Source: a virus | Taxonomy: Duplodnaviria > Caudoviricetes | DNA length: 64,000 nt | Strand: one strand, 5' to 3' | Virus record (IMG/VR): IMGVR_UViG_3300029305_012082 | Coordinates: 1-64,000 of that record | In this document: positions 47,728 to 58,049 of the stretch, piece by piece | How positions within the stretch are numbered: position 1 is the first letter of the stretch | How the letters are laid out: each line of letters opens with the position of its first letter | Translations under genes and position numbers: made by a program | Notes under the pieces: model-generated | Told to the model about the DNA's origin: nothing | Databases searched by the model: none | What the model saw: only the letters and a program-made list of their open reading frames with translations

Positions 47728-50133
47728 ATGACCCTAGCAGAATTTATTAACGTTGTTGGCTTCAAAGTCAAAGACGGCGATATAAGTAAAGTAAACAACT
47801 CGATCAATACTATAAAAAACACAGCGCAAAAGGCTTTAGGTGCTATAGGAATATCCCTTTCGATTGCAGGGATTACGAGCGTTATAAAGGATTGTGTTTC
47901 CCTCGCGTCTGAAGCCGAGGAAATGCAAAACAAGTTTGATGTCGTGTTCCAAGGCATGAACGAAACCGTAGAGGAATGGGCGAAAAACTACTCAGATGCA
48001 ATAGGTCGAAATGCAAATGACATAAAAACCTACATGGCAGATATGCAAAATCTGGTTGTAGGTTTCATGGGAACTGATATGAGACAAGAAGCCTATGAGC
48101 TTACTCAGTCTATGACAACCCTGGCTTTAGATCTGGCATCCTTCAACAACATAGACGAGGGTATTGCTGTAAACGCAATGCAAAAGGCGGTTATGGGCGA
48201 ATCGGAAGCAGCGAAAACAATCGGTGCTGTCCTCAATGATGTTACACGAGCCGAAGCTATGCATCAGCTTGGGCTTAAAGGAAAGTACGACGCCTTGGAT
48301 CAAGCGACCAAGATGATGGTCAATTACCAAGCAATTCTACTTCAAAGCACTGATGCCGTTGGAGATTGTGAACGAAGTCTTGGTTCATACAGAAGCACCT
48401 TAATTGCATTTCAATCCAAACTCAAAGAGATTAAAACTATAGTTGGTCAATTTTTCATGCCAACTGCACAGAAAATACTCCAAATTGGCACGAAAGGACT
48501 TACCGTCGTTCGCAATTGGGTTCAGAATATAAGTGATTTTGCGGAAGAACTAGGAGGAGCGCACAGAATAATCACGATTATCGGCGGTGCTCTAGCGGGA
48601 ATGTTGTTGGTACGAAACCTCGGCAAAGTAGCAGCTTTAGTGAAAGTTGTTGTCGGGCTTCTTTCTCCCGCCAAGCTTCTTATCGCTGCCATTGCTGCAG
48701 CATTTACTCTTGTGGCTCTAGTCGTAGAGGATTTCTTTGCATTTGTTCAGGGTAAAGACAGCTTGTTTGGTGATTCCTTGAAGAAAGCAGGAATTGATCT
48801 CGCCCAATTCCGCACATCTATTTTACTGTTGAAAAATCGCCTTAAAGATGCATTTGGAGGAATCAAGGATTTTGCTGGTGAAATAGGAACGGGTCTATTT
48901 AATGCGCTCCAACAAATTCTGCCGATCATTGTAGATTTCGTTGTTGCAAAAGGTCCCGGAATCATTGACATCATAAAGAAAGTTGCGCCGCTTATCGGAA
49001 ATCTTGCAAGTGGCAAGCTCTCGATGCTTTTTAGTGTTGCAAAAAAATTGTTGCCCGTTGTTGCAAACGTAGCAAAGACCCTTAGCGGACATCTCGTAAA
49101 CGCAATTTCGACACTTATTCCGTTCATAGGAAATCTTGCTTCCAGTCTGGGCGGATTTTTATTAGAAGCAATACAGACATTGCTGCCTCCACTGGTTGAG
49201 TTTGCGATGAGTATTCTTCCGGTGATTCTTTCGTGTGTAAACGCTATTCTGCCTGTGATTCTTGAGTTCGCACAAGCTGCACTGCCCATAATCATAGACC
49301 TTATAAACCAGCTTCTTCCGGTTCTTCTTCAGATCATAGAGGCGGTTCTTCCTGTGTTGTTATCCTGTATAGAGCAGCTTCTTCCTATCATTCTTCAGCT
49401 TGTTCAAGAACTACTTCCGATTATATTGGAAGTCATAATGATGATTCTGCCACTGCTGGTTCAGGTCATTGAGGCAATATTGCCGGCAATCATGTCGTTC
49501 ATCGAGGAACTTCTTCCTCTTGTCAGTCCACTGATTGAGATAATTGCAAATCTAGCATCTTCTATTCTGCCTGTCATCATCACCTTGCTTGAGTCAATTT
49601 TGCCGATTCTCGAACCGATTCTCGGCATACTTCAGCCAATTGCAGATGTACTGGCTGTAATAATTGATGCTCTCGGAAAGGTTGCTGGAGGTATAGCAAC
49701 AGGGATTCAATGGCTTGTTGATGCTGTGACTGGCGGTGGAAGTGACACAGACGCTTCCAGCACAGTCCCCGGATATGCTGTTGGTACAGATTATTCAGAG
49801 GATACATTTGTCGCAGGCGAAAATGGGCCGGAACTCATAACAGGACAAAGAGGCAAAAAAGTTTTTACCGCCCTCCAAACAGGAAGTATATTTGCTACAG
49901 CCAAGGAAGTAATATCTGCGGCGATCGCTCTGTCAAATATTAGAACAGCTCGGCCAGCAACGGCTGCAAACGTTACAAGTTCTCAATCCACCAGAAATGT
50001 ATTCCAAAATGTATCAATTAGCAATCAGTTTAATGGAGACAAGGCAATCCAGCGTCAGGCAGCTAACACCATGGGAAAATCTGCAAATGACATAACAAGA
50101 GAGCTGGCTCGTGGATTGGCGTATGCAAGATAG
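47728..50133 (+). CDS. Tape measure protein
   Basis: LALDLASF, ~11-aa amphipathic LLP repeats, AGENGPELI. Confidence 0.9.
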   Translation: MTLAEFINVVGFKVKDGDISKVNNSINTIKNTAQKALGAIGISLSIAGITSVIKDCVSLASEAEEMQNKFDVVFQGMNETVEEWAKNYSDAIGRNANDIKTYMADMQNLVVGFMGTDMRQEAYELTQSMTTLALDLASFNNIDEGIAVNAMQKAVMGESEAAKTIGAVLNDVTRAEAMHQLGLKGKYDALDQATKMMVNYQAILLQSTDAVGDCERSLGSYRSTLIAFQSKLKEIKTIVGQFFMPTAQKILQIGTKGLTVVRNWVQNISDFAEELGGAHRIITIIGGALAGMLLVRNLGKVAALVKVVVGLLSPAKLLIAAIAAAFTLVALVVEDFFAFVQGKDSLFGDSLKKAGIDLAQFRTSILLLKNRLKDAFGGIKDFAGEIGTGLFNALQQILPIIVDFVVAKGPGIIDIIKKVAPLIGNLASGKLSMLFSVAKKLLPVVANVAKTLSGHLVNAISTLIPFIGNLASSLGGFLLEAIQTLLPPLVEFAMSILPVILSCVNAILPVILEFAQAALPIIIDLINQLLPVLLQIIEAVLPVLLSCIEQLLPIILQLVQELLPIILEVIMMILPLLVQVIEAILPAIMSFIEELLPLVSPLIEIIANLASSILPVIITLLESILPILEPILGILQPIADVLAVIIDALGKVAGGIATGIQWLVDAVTGGGSDTDASSTVPGYAVGTDYSEDTFVAGENGPELITGQRGKKVFTALQTGSIFATAKEVISAAIALSNIRTARPATAANVTSSQSTRNVFQNVSISNQFNGDKAIQRQAANTMGKSANDITRELARGLAYAR

Positions 50134-50141
50134 GTGATAAA

Positions 50142-50786
50142 ATGGCAAAAGCAAAAAGACCAGTAACAGTAGCCGGAATACAATTCGATGCACTTATTAG
50201 TGAAGAAAGATCGTTGACAGCAACTGTACCAACATATTCTGTCGAGTCTGGGTTTTGTGTAAGCGACGCCATCATTCTAGAGCCTGAGACATTGTCTATG
50301 GTGCTATTTCTCACCGATACCCCAGTGACTTGGAGAAGAAACGGTGGGCGTGGAAAGACGGAGAGGATTGTTAGCCAACTCGAAGAACTGTATTATTCTG
50401 CTTATCCTGTAACCATCGTTACTTCGGATAAGACATATACGAACATGGCAATTACAAGCCTTGGACTAAACAAAAGCACAGAGATTGGCTACGCAAGAGA
50501 GATTCCGATTGAATTTCAAAAAATTCGAATAACTACCGCTTCAACGACGACAATCCCTGACTCCTATGGAAAAAGCGGAACAACAGGAGCGCAAGCCGGA
50601 ACAGCAAGCGTTACTACTGAGTCAACTTCGCCCTCGACCGGGGCAAGTACATCCGCAAGAGACACAGAAACAACCGTTTCAGAAAACGGTCAATCTATAG
50701 CAAGAAATATCACACAGATGACCGTTACTGAAACAAAATATCATAATGCACAGGATGTGCTGTGGGAGAAACGGAATGGATTATAG
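50142..50786 (+). CDS. Baseplate/tail tube initiator protein
   Basis: VESG...SD, YTNMAITSL. Confidence 0.7.
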   Translation: MAKAKRPVTVAGIQFDALISEERSLTATVPTYSVESGFCVSDAIILEPETLSMVLFLTDTPVTWRRNGGRGKTERIVSQLEELYYSAYPVTIVTSDKTYTNMAITSLGLNKSTEIGYAREIPIEFQKIRITTASTTTIPDSYGKSGTTGAQAGTASVTTESTSPSTGASTSARDTETTVSENGQSIARNITQMTVTETKYHNAQDVLWEKRNGL

Positions 50787-51093
50787 TTTCATCGAAGTTC
50801 CTGATATGAATGATAGCATTTCCCGCATCGTCCTTTCTGGGACACCATACCAGATCCGGTTTACCTACAACGATACCGGAGACTACTGGAAATTTGGGTT
50901 GCTCAACACTCTCGGAGAGCCGATTATTCAAGGAATGAAAATCGTCCCGAGATTCCCGCTAAATATTTTTTACACCGTTGCCAAGATTCCAGCCGGAATA
51001 TTTGGTGTCAGAACAAAACTCGAACGCATTGGTCGCAATGACTTCAAAAACGGAAACGCAAGCTTCATATTTTGCCCTATCGACATTGGGTAA
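50776..51093 (+). CDS. Baseplate plug-like protein
   Basis: Synteny and size. Confidence 0.65.
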   Translation: MDYSFIEVPDMNDSISRIVLSGTPYQIRFTYNDTGDYWKFGLLNTLGEPIIQGMKIVPRFPLNIFYTVAKIPAGIFGVRTKLERIGRNDFKNGNASFIFCPIDIG

Positions 51094-51105
51094 AACCTCT
51101 GCTTC

Positions 51106-51212
51106 GGAATTTCCGTGGAATTTCCGTGGAATTTCCCGCGACTTTCCACGGAAATTCCGGCGCAACCGTAACCGTAACCGTAACCGTAACCAATATACCG
51201 TAACTATATATA
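51106..51212. repeat. Iteron-like GGAATTTCCGT repeats, (AACCGT)4 tract and AT-rich tail (copy 2)
   Basis: 11-bp tandem repeats; 35-bp identity with 1755-1789. Confidence 0.85.
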
Positions 51213-51291
51213 GATTCTGCGCTAATGCGTGTTTTTTATGAAATTGCAGAATGACCATTGCAATGGTTTGTGATAGATAAGAGGTGAGAGA

Positions 51292-52155
51292 ATGGCAGGT
51301 CTTGAGAATTTTGATCGGCAATATCGTCTGTCTGCCGGCAAGGCCGGGGGCACAGGATTTGAGATCGGCGGAGAAAAGCCTGTTCCGCTGCACATAGATT
51401 TCTCTGTGGAAAGAACCGACCAAGAAACACAGAACACCGCCACTCTCAGCATTTGGAACCTCAATGATGCCCATTTGGCAGCTCTTGAAGAAAAAGACTG
51501 TGTTGTGGCACTTAGAGCAGGATACGGGAACCGTATGCCTCTAATTTTTTCCGGAATCGTAACTCAAGCAGTAACTTCGAATGATGGCGCAGACAGAAAA
51601 ACTGAGCTTGACATAGTAGACAACCTTGTGGAGATCCGAGACACCTATGTAAGCCTCTCGTACAACGGGACTGTCAATTGGAAAACAATTTTTGATGATG
51701 TTTCTTCCCAGATGGGTGTCGCCATCTCCTACTCCTACAATGCCGAGTTTGTCGATATTCCGAATGGATTTAGCTTTGTTGGTATGGCTAGAGACATAAT
51801 GACCAAGGGCTGCGCTTGCTGCGGTCTTGTTTGGAGTCTCCAGAATGGGGTCATGCAAGTGAAAAAGCCCGGGGATGTAATGTCCAAGGAAGTCTATGTT
51901 CTGTCCCCGGAAACTGGACTGCTTGGTATTCCCGCCCGAATCACGGAAGCGTCCGACAAGTCTGACGAAAAAAATACAATCGGCTGGGATGTCGAGTATT
52001 TTATGAACGGCGCAATCAACATAGATGACTATGTTAAGCTTGAGAGCAAAATGGTGACTGGGTATTTCCGCGTCTATTCGTTAAGCATTTCTGGCGATAA
52101 TGTTTCTGGCGACTGGATATGCAAGGCCCGACTGAAAGAGGTGAAGGAATCATGA
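51292..52155 (+). CDS. Baseplate hub protein
   Basis: IWNL, LRAGY...IFSG, WSLQNG, TGLLGIP. Confidence 0.8.
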   Translation: MAGLENFDRQYRLSAGKAGGTGFEIGGEKPVPLHIDFSVERTDQETQNTATLSIWNLNDAHLAALEEKDCVVALRAGYGNRMPLIFSGIVTQAVTSNDGADRKTELDIVDNLVEIRDTYVSLSYNGTVNWKTIFDDVSSQMGVAISYSYNAEFVDIPNGFSFVGMARDIMTKGCACCGLVWSLQNGVMQVKKPGDVMSKEVYVLSPETGLLGIPARITEASDKSDEKNTIGWDVEYFMNGAINIDDYVKLESKMVTGYFRVYSLSISGDNVSGDWICKARLKEVKES

Positions 52156-52748
52156 TGCAGGAGTTTGTCCAAGAGATTACCAACACTGTCAATCAGTCTT
52201 TGAAGGGCGTCCATACAGCAATGCCTGGTACTATCGTCTCATACGATCCCGGAAGCGGAACGGCAACAGTGAAGCCGGCGATGAAGTTCAGGAAGCCAGA
52301 TGGAACAACTATCGACTATCCGCAGATCTCTGGTGTCCCTGTTTCCATTTCTCAGGGATCTGGTGGTCAGGCAACAGTTGCTATCCCCATCAAAGGCGGA
52401 GACGGATGCATGATCGTAGTTTCCGAGCAATCTCTCGATTATTGGATGTATGGACAGGAAACCCCCACTGATCTGCCCTTCGACATGAGCAACGCCATGT
52501 GTATTCCGGGTCTTGCTCCTGCTGCGAATGCTGCCATGCAGAAAGCATGTGCTGAAAACTGCATTGTGATAACGGCCGGAGGAGCAACAACCGTCAAAGT
52601 AAAAGGGGACGAAGTTGAGATCGAAGCTCCTTCCGTCAACATGAAATCGCCACAGGTGAAAATAGAAGGTTCTCTGGAGGTAGGGAGCGGAATGACTGTC
52701 AGTGGTGGGTTGTCTGTAGAGGGAGGCATTGAAGAAACCTTGAAGTGA
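52152..52748 (+). CDS. Baseplate spike protein (Gp138-like)
   Basis: HTAMPGTIVSYD, VPV, PIKGGDGC. Confidence 0.8.
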   Translation: MMQEFVQEITNTVNQSLKGVHTAMPGTIVSYDPGSGTATVKPAMKFRKPDGTTIDYPQISGVPVSISQGSGGQATVAIPIKGGDGCMIVVSEQSLDYWMYGQETPTDLPFDMSNAMCIPGLAPAANAAMQKACAENCIVITAGGATTVKVKGDEVEIEAPSVNMKSPQVKIEGSLEVGSGMTVSGGLSVEGGIEETLK

Positions 52749-52887
52749 TCGCCCTACAATTCGCTTCACAGCCGCCCAAATTGCCTCTAACGGGACTTTT
52801 TGGCAGACATCAACTTACAAACAAAGCAAAGAAACTCCGACCTCACAAGACACAGTGGGTTCTCAGCTTATAAACAAAGGGAGGACA

Positions 52888-53244
52888 ATGATGGCCGATA
52901 TTAGGTTGAACAAAGATGGCGATATCGACGTGTCGAAGACAGGTGACATCTACCTCACAAACAGCGTTCGACAGGCGATCCTGATTAAATTGAGATGGAT
53001 TTATGGCGAATGGCGGCTCGGTCCAGAATTAGGTTTCCCTTGGTTTGAACAGGTCTTCATTAAGAACCCGAACACAGATGCGATCAAGGGTTTACTTCGA
53101 GAAAAGATCCTTCAGGTAGAAGGAGTAGATGCGGCGATTGTAACAGAGGTCGAATATAGCCGTGAAAAAAGATCTGCAACCTTCCGCTACACCGTAACGG
53201 TAGGGGAGGAAGTGTTCAAGGAAGAGGTGACGCTTTATGAGTGA
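52888..53244 (+). CDS. Baseplate wedge protein (gp25/DUF2634-like)
   Basis: GEWRL...GFPW. Confidence 0.75.
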   Translation: MMADIRLNKDGDIDVSKTGDIYLTNSVRQAILIKLRWIYGEWRLGPELGFPWFEQVFIKNPNTDAIKGLLREKILQVEGVDAAIVTEVEYSREKRSATFRYTVTVGEEVFKEEVTLYE

Positions 53245-54679
53245 ATATGGGCTTACACCGAAAGGGCCGAATATCAAAAGACTTGATGAGATCATTGAGT
53301 CCTTGCATAAGAACCTCTCAGAGCGGTGGGGTGTCAATACCCGTCAGAACCCCGAGTCTCTGATAAATCATGTTTTGACAAATGTTGCCGATCAGATCGC
53401 AGAATTGTGGGAGTTTGGAGAGAGTGTTTATTATTCTCAGTATCCTGCCACAGCGGAAGGCATCAATCTGGATAATGCTGCTCAGTACGGCGGCTCCACG
53501 AGAGAGCCGGCGGCGAAATCCTATTACCCCATCCACTGCACAGGCAAAGATGGAACGGTCCTTGCAGCAGGAACGATCATTGCCTCTACCACGAATCCGA
53601 CAACACAGCTGTCTCTTGCCGAGAGCCGGACCATATCGAGATCTGCTTTCAATAAAGCTGCGATAAAAGTGGCATCCCTGCAAACGGGAAATCCGTACAT
53701 AGTAATCATCAACAACAAAGACTACCGGCATACAGCTGGAACCCTCAGTGCTCTTGAAATTCTGAATGGGTTGGCCGAAGAAATGGGCAATGACTTCACC
53801 GTCAGCGTAGATACCGAGAACGAGCTGCTGAATATCGAAGCTGACGCAGGAACAACAAACGACTTGACTCTTTCAGAGAATCTGACCACAGAAACCGTCA
53901 CATCAATCATCACGTTCGGCACTGTCGAAACAGGAAACATTCTGCTTCCGGACGGAGTCATTACGAATATCGTAAAGGCAGATGCCGGCCTCCAAAGCGT
54001 TGTAAATGTCAGCGGCTACATTGCGGGACGAGATGAAGAAAGTGACGCAGAGTTCCGGATGTCATATGCAGATAAGATTTTCAACCGATCCAAGACAATG
54101 CTTGACACCATACGCAGTGCGATTTTGAACAACGTACAAGGCGTCGCTAGTGTTGCTACATACGAGAACGATAGCGACATTACCGACGAATATGGCCGTC
54201 CCCCTCACAGCATCGAAATCGTTGTTGATGGAGGAGACAACTACGAAATTGCACAGCAAATATTCGCAAACAAAGCCGCAGGCATTTCCACACATGGAAA
54301 TGAAGAAGTGACTATAGTAGGTTCCTATGATGAAAATTTCACTATCAAGTTCAGCCGCCCCGAGATTGTCTATGTGTGGTTCCATCTGAAATTGGAGCGA
54401 AATTCTTCTCAGAGCATTCCGGACAATTACGAAGAACTACTGCGATCGGTTGTAACAAAAAATATGGAGAATTTGGACGCAGGAACCGATGTGGTTCCCA
54501 TGCGCTTCATGACCGAACTTTACGATGCTTTCTCAGGCATCAACTACATCGACATTACATTGACAGCAACCTCGAACAAAGAAAAACCGAGCGTGTACAC
54601 AGCTCGAAGCCAAGCAATTACAGCTAGACAGAGAGCCTTCACCAGCGAAGACATGATAACGGTGGATTTCTATGAGTAA
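53237..54679 (+). CDS. Baseplate J-like protein
   Basis: ATAEGINLD, GRDEESDAEFR, PPHSIE.VV.GG. Confidence 0.88.
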   Translation: MSEYGLTPKGPNIKRLDEIIESLHKNLSERWGVNTRQNPESLINHVLTNVADQIAELWEFGESVYYSQYPATAEGINLDNAAQYGGSTREPAAKSYYPIHCTGKDGTVLAAGTIIASTTNPTTQLSLAESRTISRSAFNKAAIKVASLQTGNPYIVIINNKDYRHTAGTLSALEILNGLAEEMGNDFTVSVDTENELLNIEADAGTTNDLTLSENLTTETVTSIITFGTVETGNILLPDGVITNIVKADAGLQSVVNVSGYIAGRDEESDAEFRMSYADKIFNRSKTMLDTIRSAILNNVQGVASVATYENDSDITDEYGRPPHSIEIVVDGGDNYEIAQQIFANKAAGISTHGNEEVTIVGSYDENFTIKFSRPEIVYVWFHLKLERNSSQSIPDNYEELLRSVVTKNMENLDAGTDVVPMRFMTELYDAFSGINYIDITLTATSNKEKPSVYTARSQAITARQRAFTSEDMITVDFYE

Positions 54680-55334
54680 TAGATATGTTGTAAATCTCCA
54701 AAGTGATCTGCTTGAGCAATTTCGAGGAAAGCCGAATATCGAGGCTCTTGTTGAGGTAATTGGCGTTGAACTCCAAGAAGTGTATGATTTTTTCTCTCAA
54801 CTCCTGATCGAGCGAGACATCAAGGTCGCAGTCGGAAAACAGCTGGACGGAATAGGCAGCATTGCAGACATGACCCGCAGCGAGGCGATTGCTCTTGCAA
54901 GAGACGCCAATTACCCCTATACCGATGAAGATGAGATGTATCGAGTATTCCTACTCTACAAAATCTTCGTCAACACGGCAAAGGGGACATATGCCGATGT
55001 TCTAAGATCCATCCACATGTTATGGGAAGGAACACTGACATATGAGGAGGATGCAACAGTTCCTGCGACCATTATCCTGAATTTTGAGCGGTTTAATGGG
55101 CTTGATATTCAGAGACTTCTAAAGGTGCCCATTGTCAAACCTGCAGGCGTTAGAATTCTTTTCCGAGCCACTGGTCGAAAGGATCATTCTTTCTATACTG
55201 CAGGAACAATCACACATAGCAAAAGAATAACCTACACCCAAGAAGAATACGACTTCTCTATCCCTGACATCCTCGTAGACGAAGACCAAAACCTTCTTCT
55301 TGATGAAAATGGTAATATCCTAACCGAAGGCTGA
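54672..55334 (+). CDS. Baseplate wedge protein (DUF2612-like)
   Basis: AVGKQLDGIG, KPAGV. Confidence 0.75.
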   Translation: MSNRYVVNLQSDLLEQFRGKPNIEALVEVIGVELQEVYDFFSQLLIERDIKVAVGKQLDGIGSIADMTRSEAIALARDANYPYTDEDEMYRVFLLYKIFVNTAKGTYADVLRSIHMLWEGTLTYEEDATVPATIILNFERFNGLDIQRLLKVPIVKPAGVRILFRATGRKDHSFYTAGTITHSKRITYTQEEYDFSIPDILVDEDQNLLLDENGNILTEG

Positions 55335-55351
55335 CAGGGAGGTAATGAAAT

Positions 55352-56413
55352 ATGTCCATATTCGTTGAAACTACCGACAGTGGCATCGGCTTGATGGTTC
55401 AGGCCCTGTTTGGAGACGCCACTATAGAGTTTACAAGGTTTGAATTCGGGAATGGGGACGTCCCCTCTGAACCCGAAAAGATGACCGAACTGGGCAACAA
55501 AATCTTTGAAAGCCCCGTTGTTGGTGAAATTGTTAAAGGCGAAAACTATGTCGATGTAGCAACGAAATTCGACAACAGAAATGTATCGCACGATTTCACT
55601 CTCACGGAAATTGGAGTATTTGCTATCGATGTGGGCACTCAGGAAGAGGTGATGTTTGCTTACATTCATCTCGGCGACCAAGGCGAACCTGTTCTTAGCA
55701 CTGCGGCAAATAAACTGGTTGAGAATGAGATTGTCGTTCGTATCATTATCGACAAAGCCATAAACGTTACTGCTTCGGTTGCATCCACCATGTATGCATA
55801 TCAAAAGGACTTTGATGACCACTTGAAAGACTACGACAATCCGCACAAGGTCACAAAAGCACAAATTGGGCTTGGTGAAGTTCCGAATACGCATCCCAAA
55901 GACACAGAGATTAAATTTACAGAAGCACAGGAAATCGGAAATATAATGTCAGGAGATACGATCGGAACTGTCTTCGGAAAAATTGCGGCTGCAATCAGAG
56001 CTTTGATTGCCCACATCGCAAACAAAAACAACCCGCATCAGATTACGCCCATGTCTATTGGTGCTGCTGGAGAAGGACACTCACACGCAACTTCCGACAT
56101 TAAAACCGGCGTGCTTACTGTTTTGAGAGGTGGCACAGGGAAGAACAACTGGATAGCCAACAGAATTCTTTTCGCTGCTGCAAGCGATGAACTCGGCCAA
56201 ATCAAGAATCCTGACAAAAAGTCTTTCCTCGTCCAAGGATCTAGTGGAGCACCATATTTTGAAGCCATTTCCGAGTTCGCCTTTTTCTCTACAGGAAAAG
56301 AAGCCCCTGATAGTACGAATATCTTGTGGATTGATACAACTCCTACTACCGGCGGACTTAAATACCACAACGGGACAGAATGGACACATGTGCCTGTTGC
56401 ATATGTGCAGTAA
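55352..56413 (+). CDS. Tail collar/fibre protein
   Basis: TEIGVFA collar domain; H...NPHKVTKAQIGLG repeats; RGGTG. Confidence 0.8.
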   Translation: MSIFVETTDSGIGLMVQALFGDATIEFTRFEFGNGDVPSEPEKMTELGNKIFESPVVGEIVKGENYVDVATKFDNRNVSHDFTLTEIGVFAIDVGTQEEVMFAYIHLGDQGEPVLSTAANKLVENEIVVRIIIDKAINVTASVASTMYAYQKDFDDHLKDYDNPHKVTKAQIGLGEVPNTHPKDTEIKFTEAQEIGNIMSGDTIGTVFGKIAAAIRALIAHIANKNNPHQITPMSIGAAGEGHSHATSDIKTGVLTVLRGGTGKNNWIANRILFAAASDELGQIKNPDKKSFLVQGSSGAPYFEAISEFAFFSTGKEAPDSTNILWIDTTPTTGGLKYHNGTEWTHVPVAYVQ

Positions 56414-56422
56414 GGAGAGAAT

Positions 56423-56752
56423 ATGAAAACGCTTGTATTTGATATTCCGTATGATCTTTCCAGTTTGATAGAAATGCTCGATTATGAAACGGGAGCATTG
56501 AGAGAACTCCTTGCGTATGCAGCCTCCAAAGGGTTAGAGAACACTACTGCATATCAAAAGTGGGAACAGGACTACCACGCCACCTACAAAGAATTCCAGA
56601 TTGCAAAACAAACTCTGCAGAATGATTATCTGCCCCGTGTCGTCGAAGGAACCGTTTTGAACTGGGAGCTGACTTACTCAACCAACTCGATCGAAGTACA
56701 AGTCTGTCAATGCGAGGGGGAGCAGAATGAAGAAGCACGAGTCGTTCTCTGA
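56423..56752 (+). CDS. Small protein of the CXXX-repeat modification cassette
   Basis: Helical ORF overlapping the radical SAM start. Confidence 0.6.
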   Translation: MKTLVFDIPYDLSSLIEMLDYETGALRELLAYAASKGLENTTAYQKWEQDYHATYKEFQIAKQTLQNDYLPRVVEGTVLNWELTYSTNSIEVQVCQCEGEQNEEARVVL

Positions 56753-58046
56753 TAAGCTTGGACGGATTTATCACCCGATTGATGCCGATGATACCTTCAA
56801 GGTAAACGATTGGAGAGCAAAAACAATCACATTTCAGATCACAGAGGAATGCAACCTGAATTGCTCCTATTGTTATCAGGGAGCGAAATCTCGAAACAGA
56901 ATGAGTTTTGAGACAGCCAAAGAAATTGTAGACACCCTTTTGGCTGCAGACAGCAGGACGAATCAATATATCACATCGGACAAAATCAGCGGTGTTATCT
57001 TGGATTTCATAGGTGGAGAGCCACTGCTCGAAGTAGATTTGATCGATCAAATCATGGACTATTTTCTGGAACAGGCGTTTTTGCTCAATCACCCTCTGGC
57101 GACCAGATATATGATCTGTATATCTTCGAATGGCACCTTGTATTTCACAGAAAGCGTACAGAGATTTCTGGAAAAATGGGAAGGTCGAATCTCTTTTTCT
57201 GTTAGCGTTGATGGGAACAAGGAACTCCATGATTCCTGCAGAGTCTTTCCTGATGGGACTGGAAGTTATGACCTTGCAATTGCTGCAGCCAAAGACTACA
57301 TGAACAAACATGGCTTCATAGGAAGTAAAATGACGATAGCTCCCGGAAATGTCATGCATGTAAGAAGTGCTGTAAACAGCCTGCTTCAGGAAGGGTATGA
57401 CGAGATTTATCTGAACTGCGTTTTCGAAGAAGGGTGGGAGCTTTCTCATGCCCAAATTCTGTACAGACAGCTCAGAGGACTGGCTGACGATTTGTTGGCT
57501 ATGGAAAATCAACCCTATCTGTCCATATTTGACGAACACATCGGACACCCCATGAAGGAATCAGATAACCAAAACTGGTGCGGTGGGTGCGGAAGCATGC
57601 TTGCGGTCAATTGGAAAGGAGAATTCTTTCCTTGCCTCAGATACATGGGATCTAGCCTGAACGGAGCACAAGAGCCGTTCATAATCGGAGACCTTGAGAA
57701 TGGGATTATGAATTTGCAGGAACACCGCGACAGGGTACAGGAACTCTCTGTCATCGACCGGAAGTCTCAAAGCACAGAGGAGTGCTGGAGCTGCCCCATC
57801 GCATCTGGATGTGCATGGTGTTCGGCATATAACTATCAGGTATATGGAACACCGAATAAAAGAGCGACCTTTATTTGCAAAATGCACCAGGCTAGAGTCT
57901 TAGCAAACGCATACTACTGGAACCTGATATACAAAAAAGAAAACATAGGAACACGGTACTTGTTAGATATTCCTGCTGATTGGGCTGTCGAAATAGTTGG
58001 CGAGAACGAATACGCTATGCTCAAATCTTTGGCGGAGGAGGTGTAG
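56727..58046 (+). CDS. Radical SAM/SPASM peptide maturase (CXXX-repeat target type)
   Basis: CNLNCSYC, FIGGEPLL, SVDG...HD; SPASM cysteines CGGC...PC...CWSC...GCAWC...C. Confidence 0.9.
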   Translation: MKKHESFSDKLGRIYHPIDADDTFKVNDWRAKTITFQITEECNLNCSYCYQGAKSRNRMSFETAKEIVDTLLAADSRTNQYITSDKISGVILDFIGGEPLLEVDLIDQIMDYFLEQAFLLNHPLATRYMICISSNGTLYFTESVQRFLEKWEGRISFSVSVDGNKELHDSCRVFPDGTGSYDLAIAAAKDYMNKHGFIGSKMTIAPGNVMHVRSAVNSLLQEGYDEIYLNCVFEEGWELSHAQILYRQLRGLADDLLAMENQPYLSIFDEHIGHPMKESDNQNWCGGCGSMLAVNWKGEFFPCLRYMGSSLNGAQEPFIIGDLENGIMNLQEHRDRVQELSVIDRKSQSTEECWSCPIASGCAWCSAYNYQVYGTPNKRATFICKMHQARVLANAYYWNLIYKKENIGTRYLLDIPADWAVEIVGENEYAMLKSLAEEV

Positions 58047-58049
58047 TAG

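Noticed and set aside
48880-49700. Leu/Pro-rich repeats as a separate element
   Set aside because: They are ordinary amphipathic repeats of the tape measure protein.
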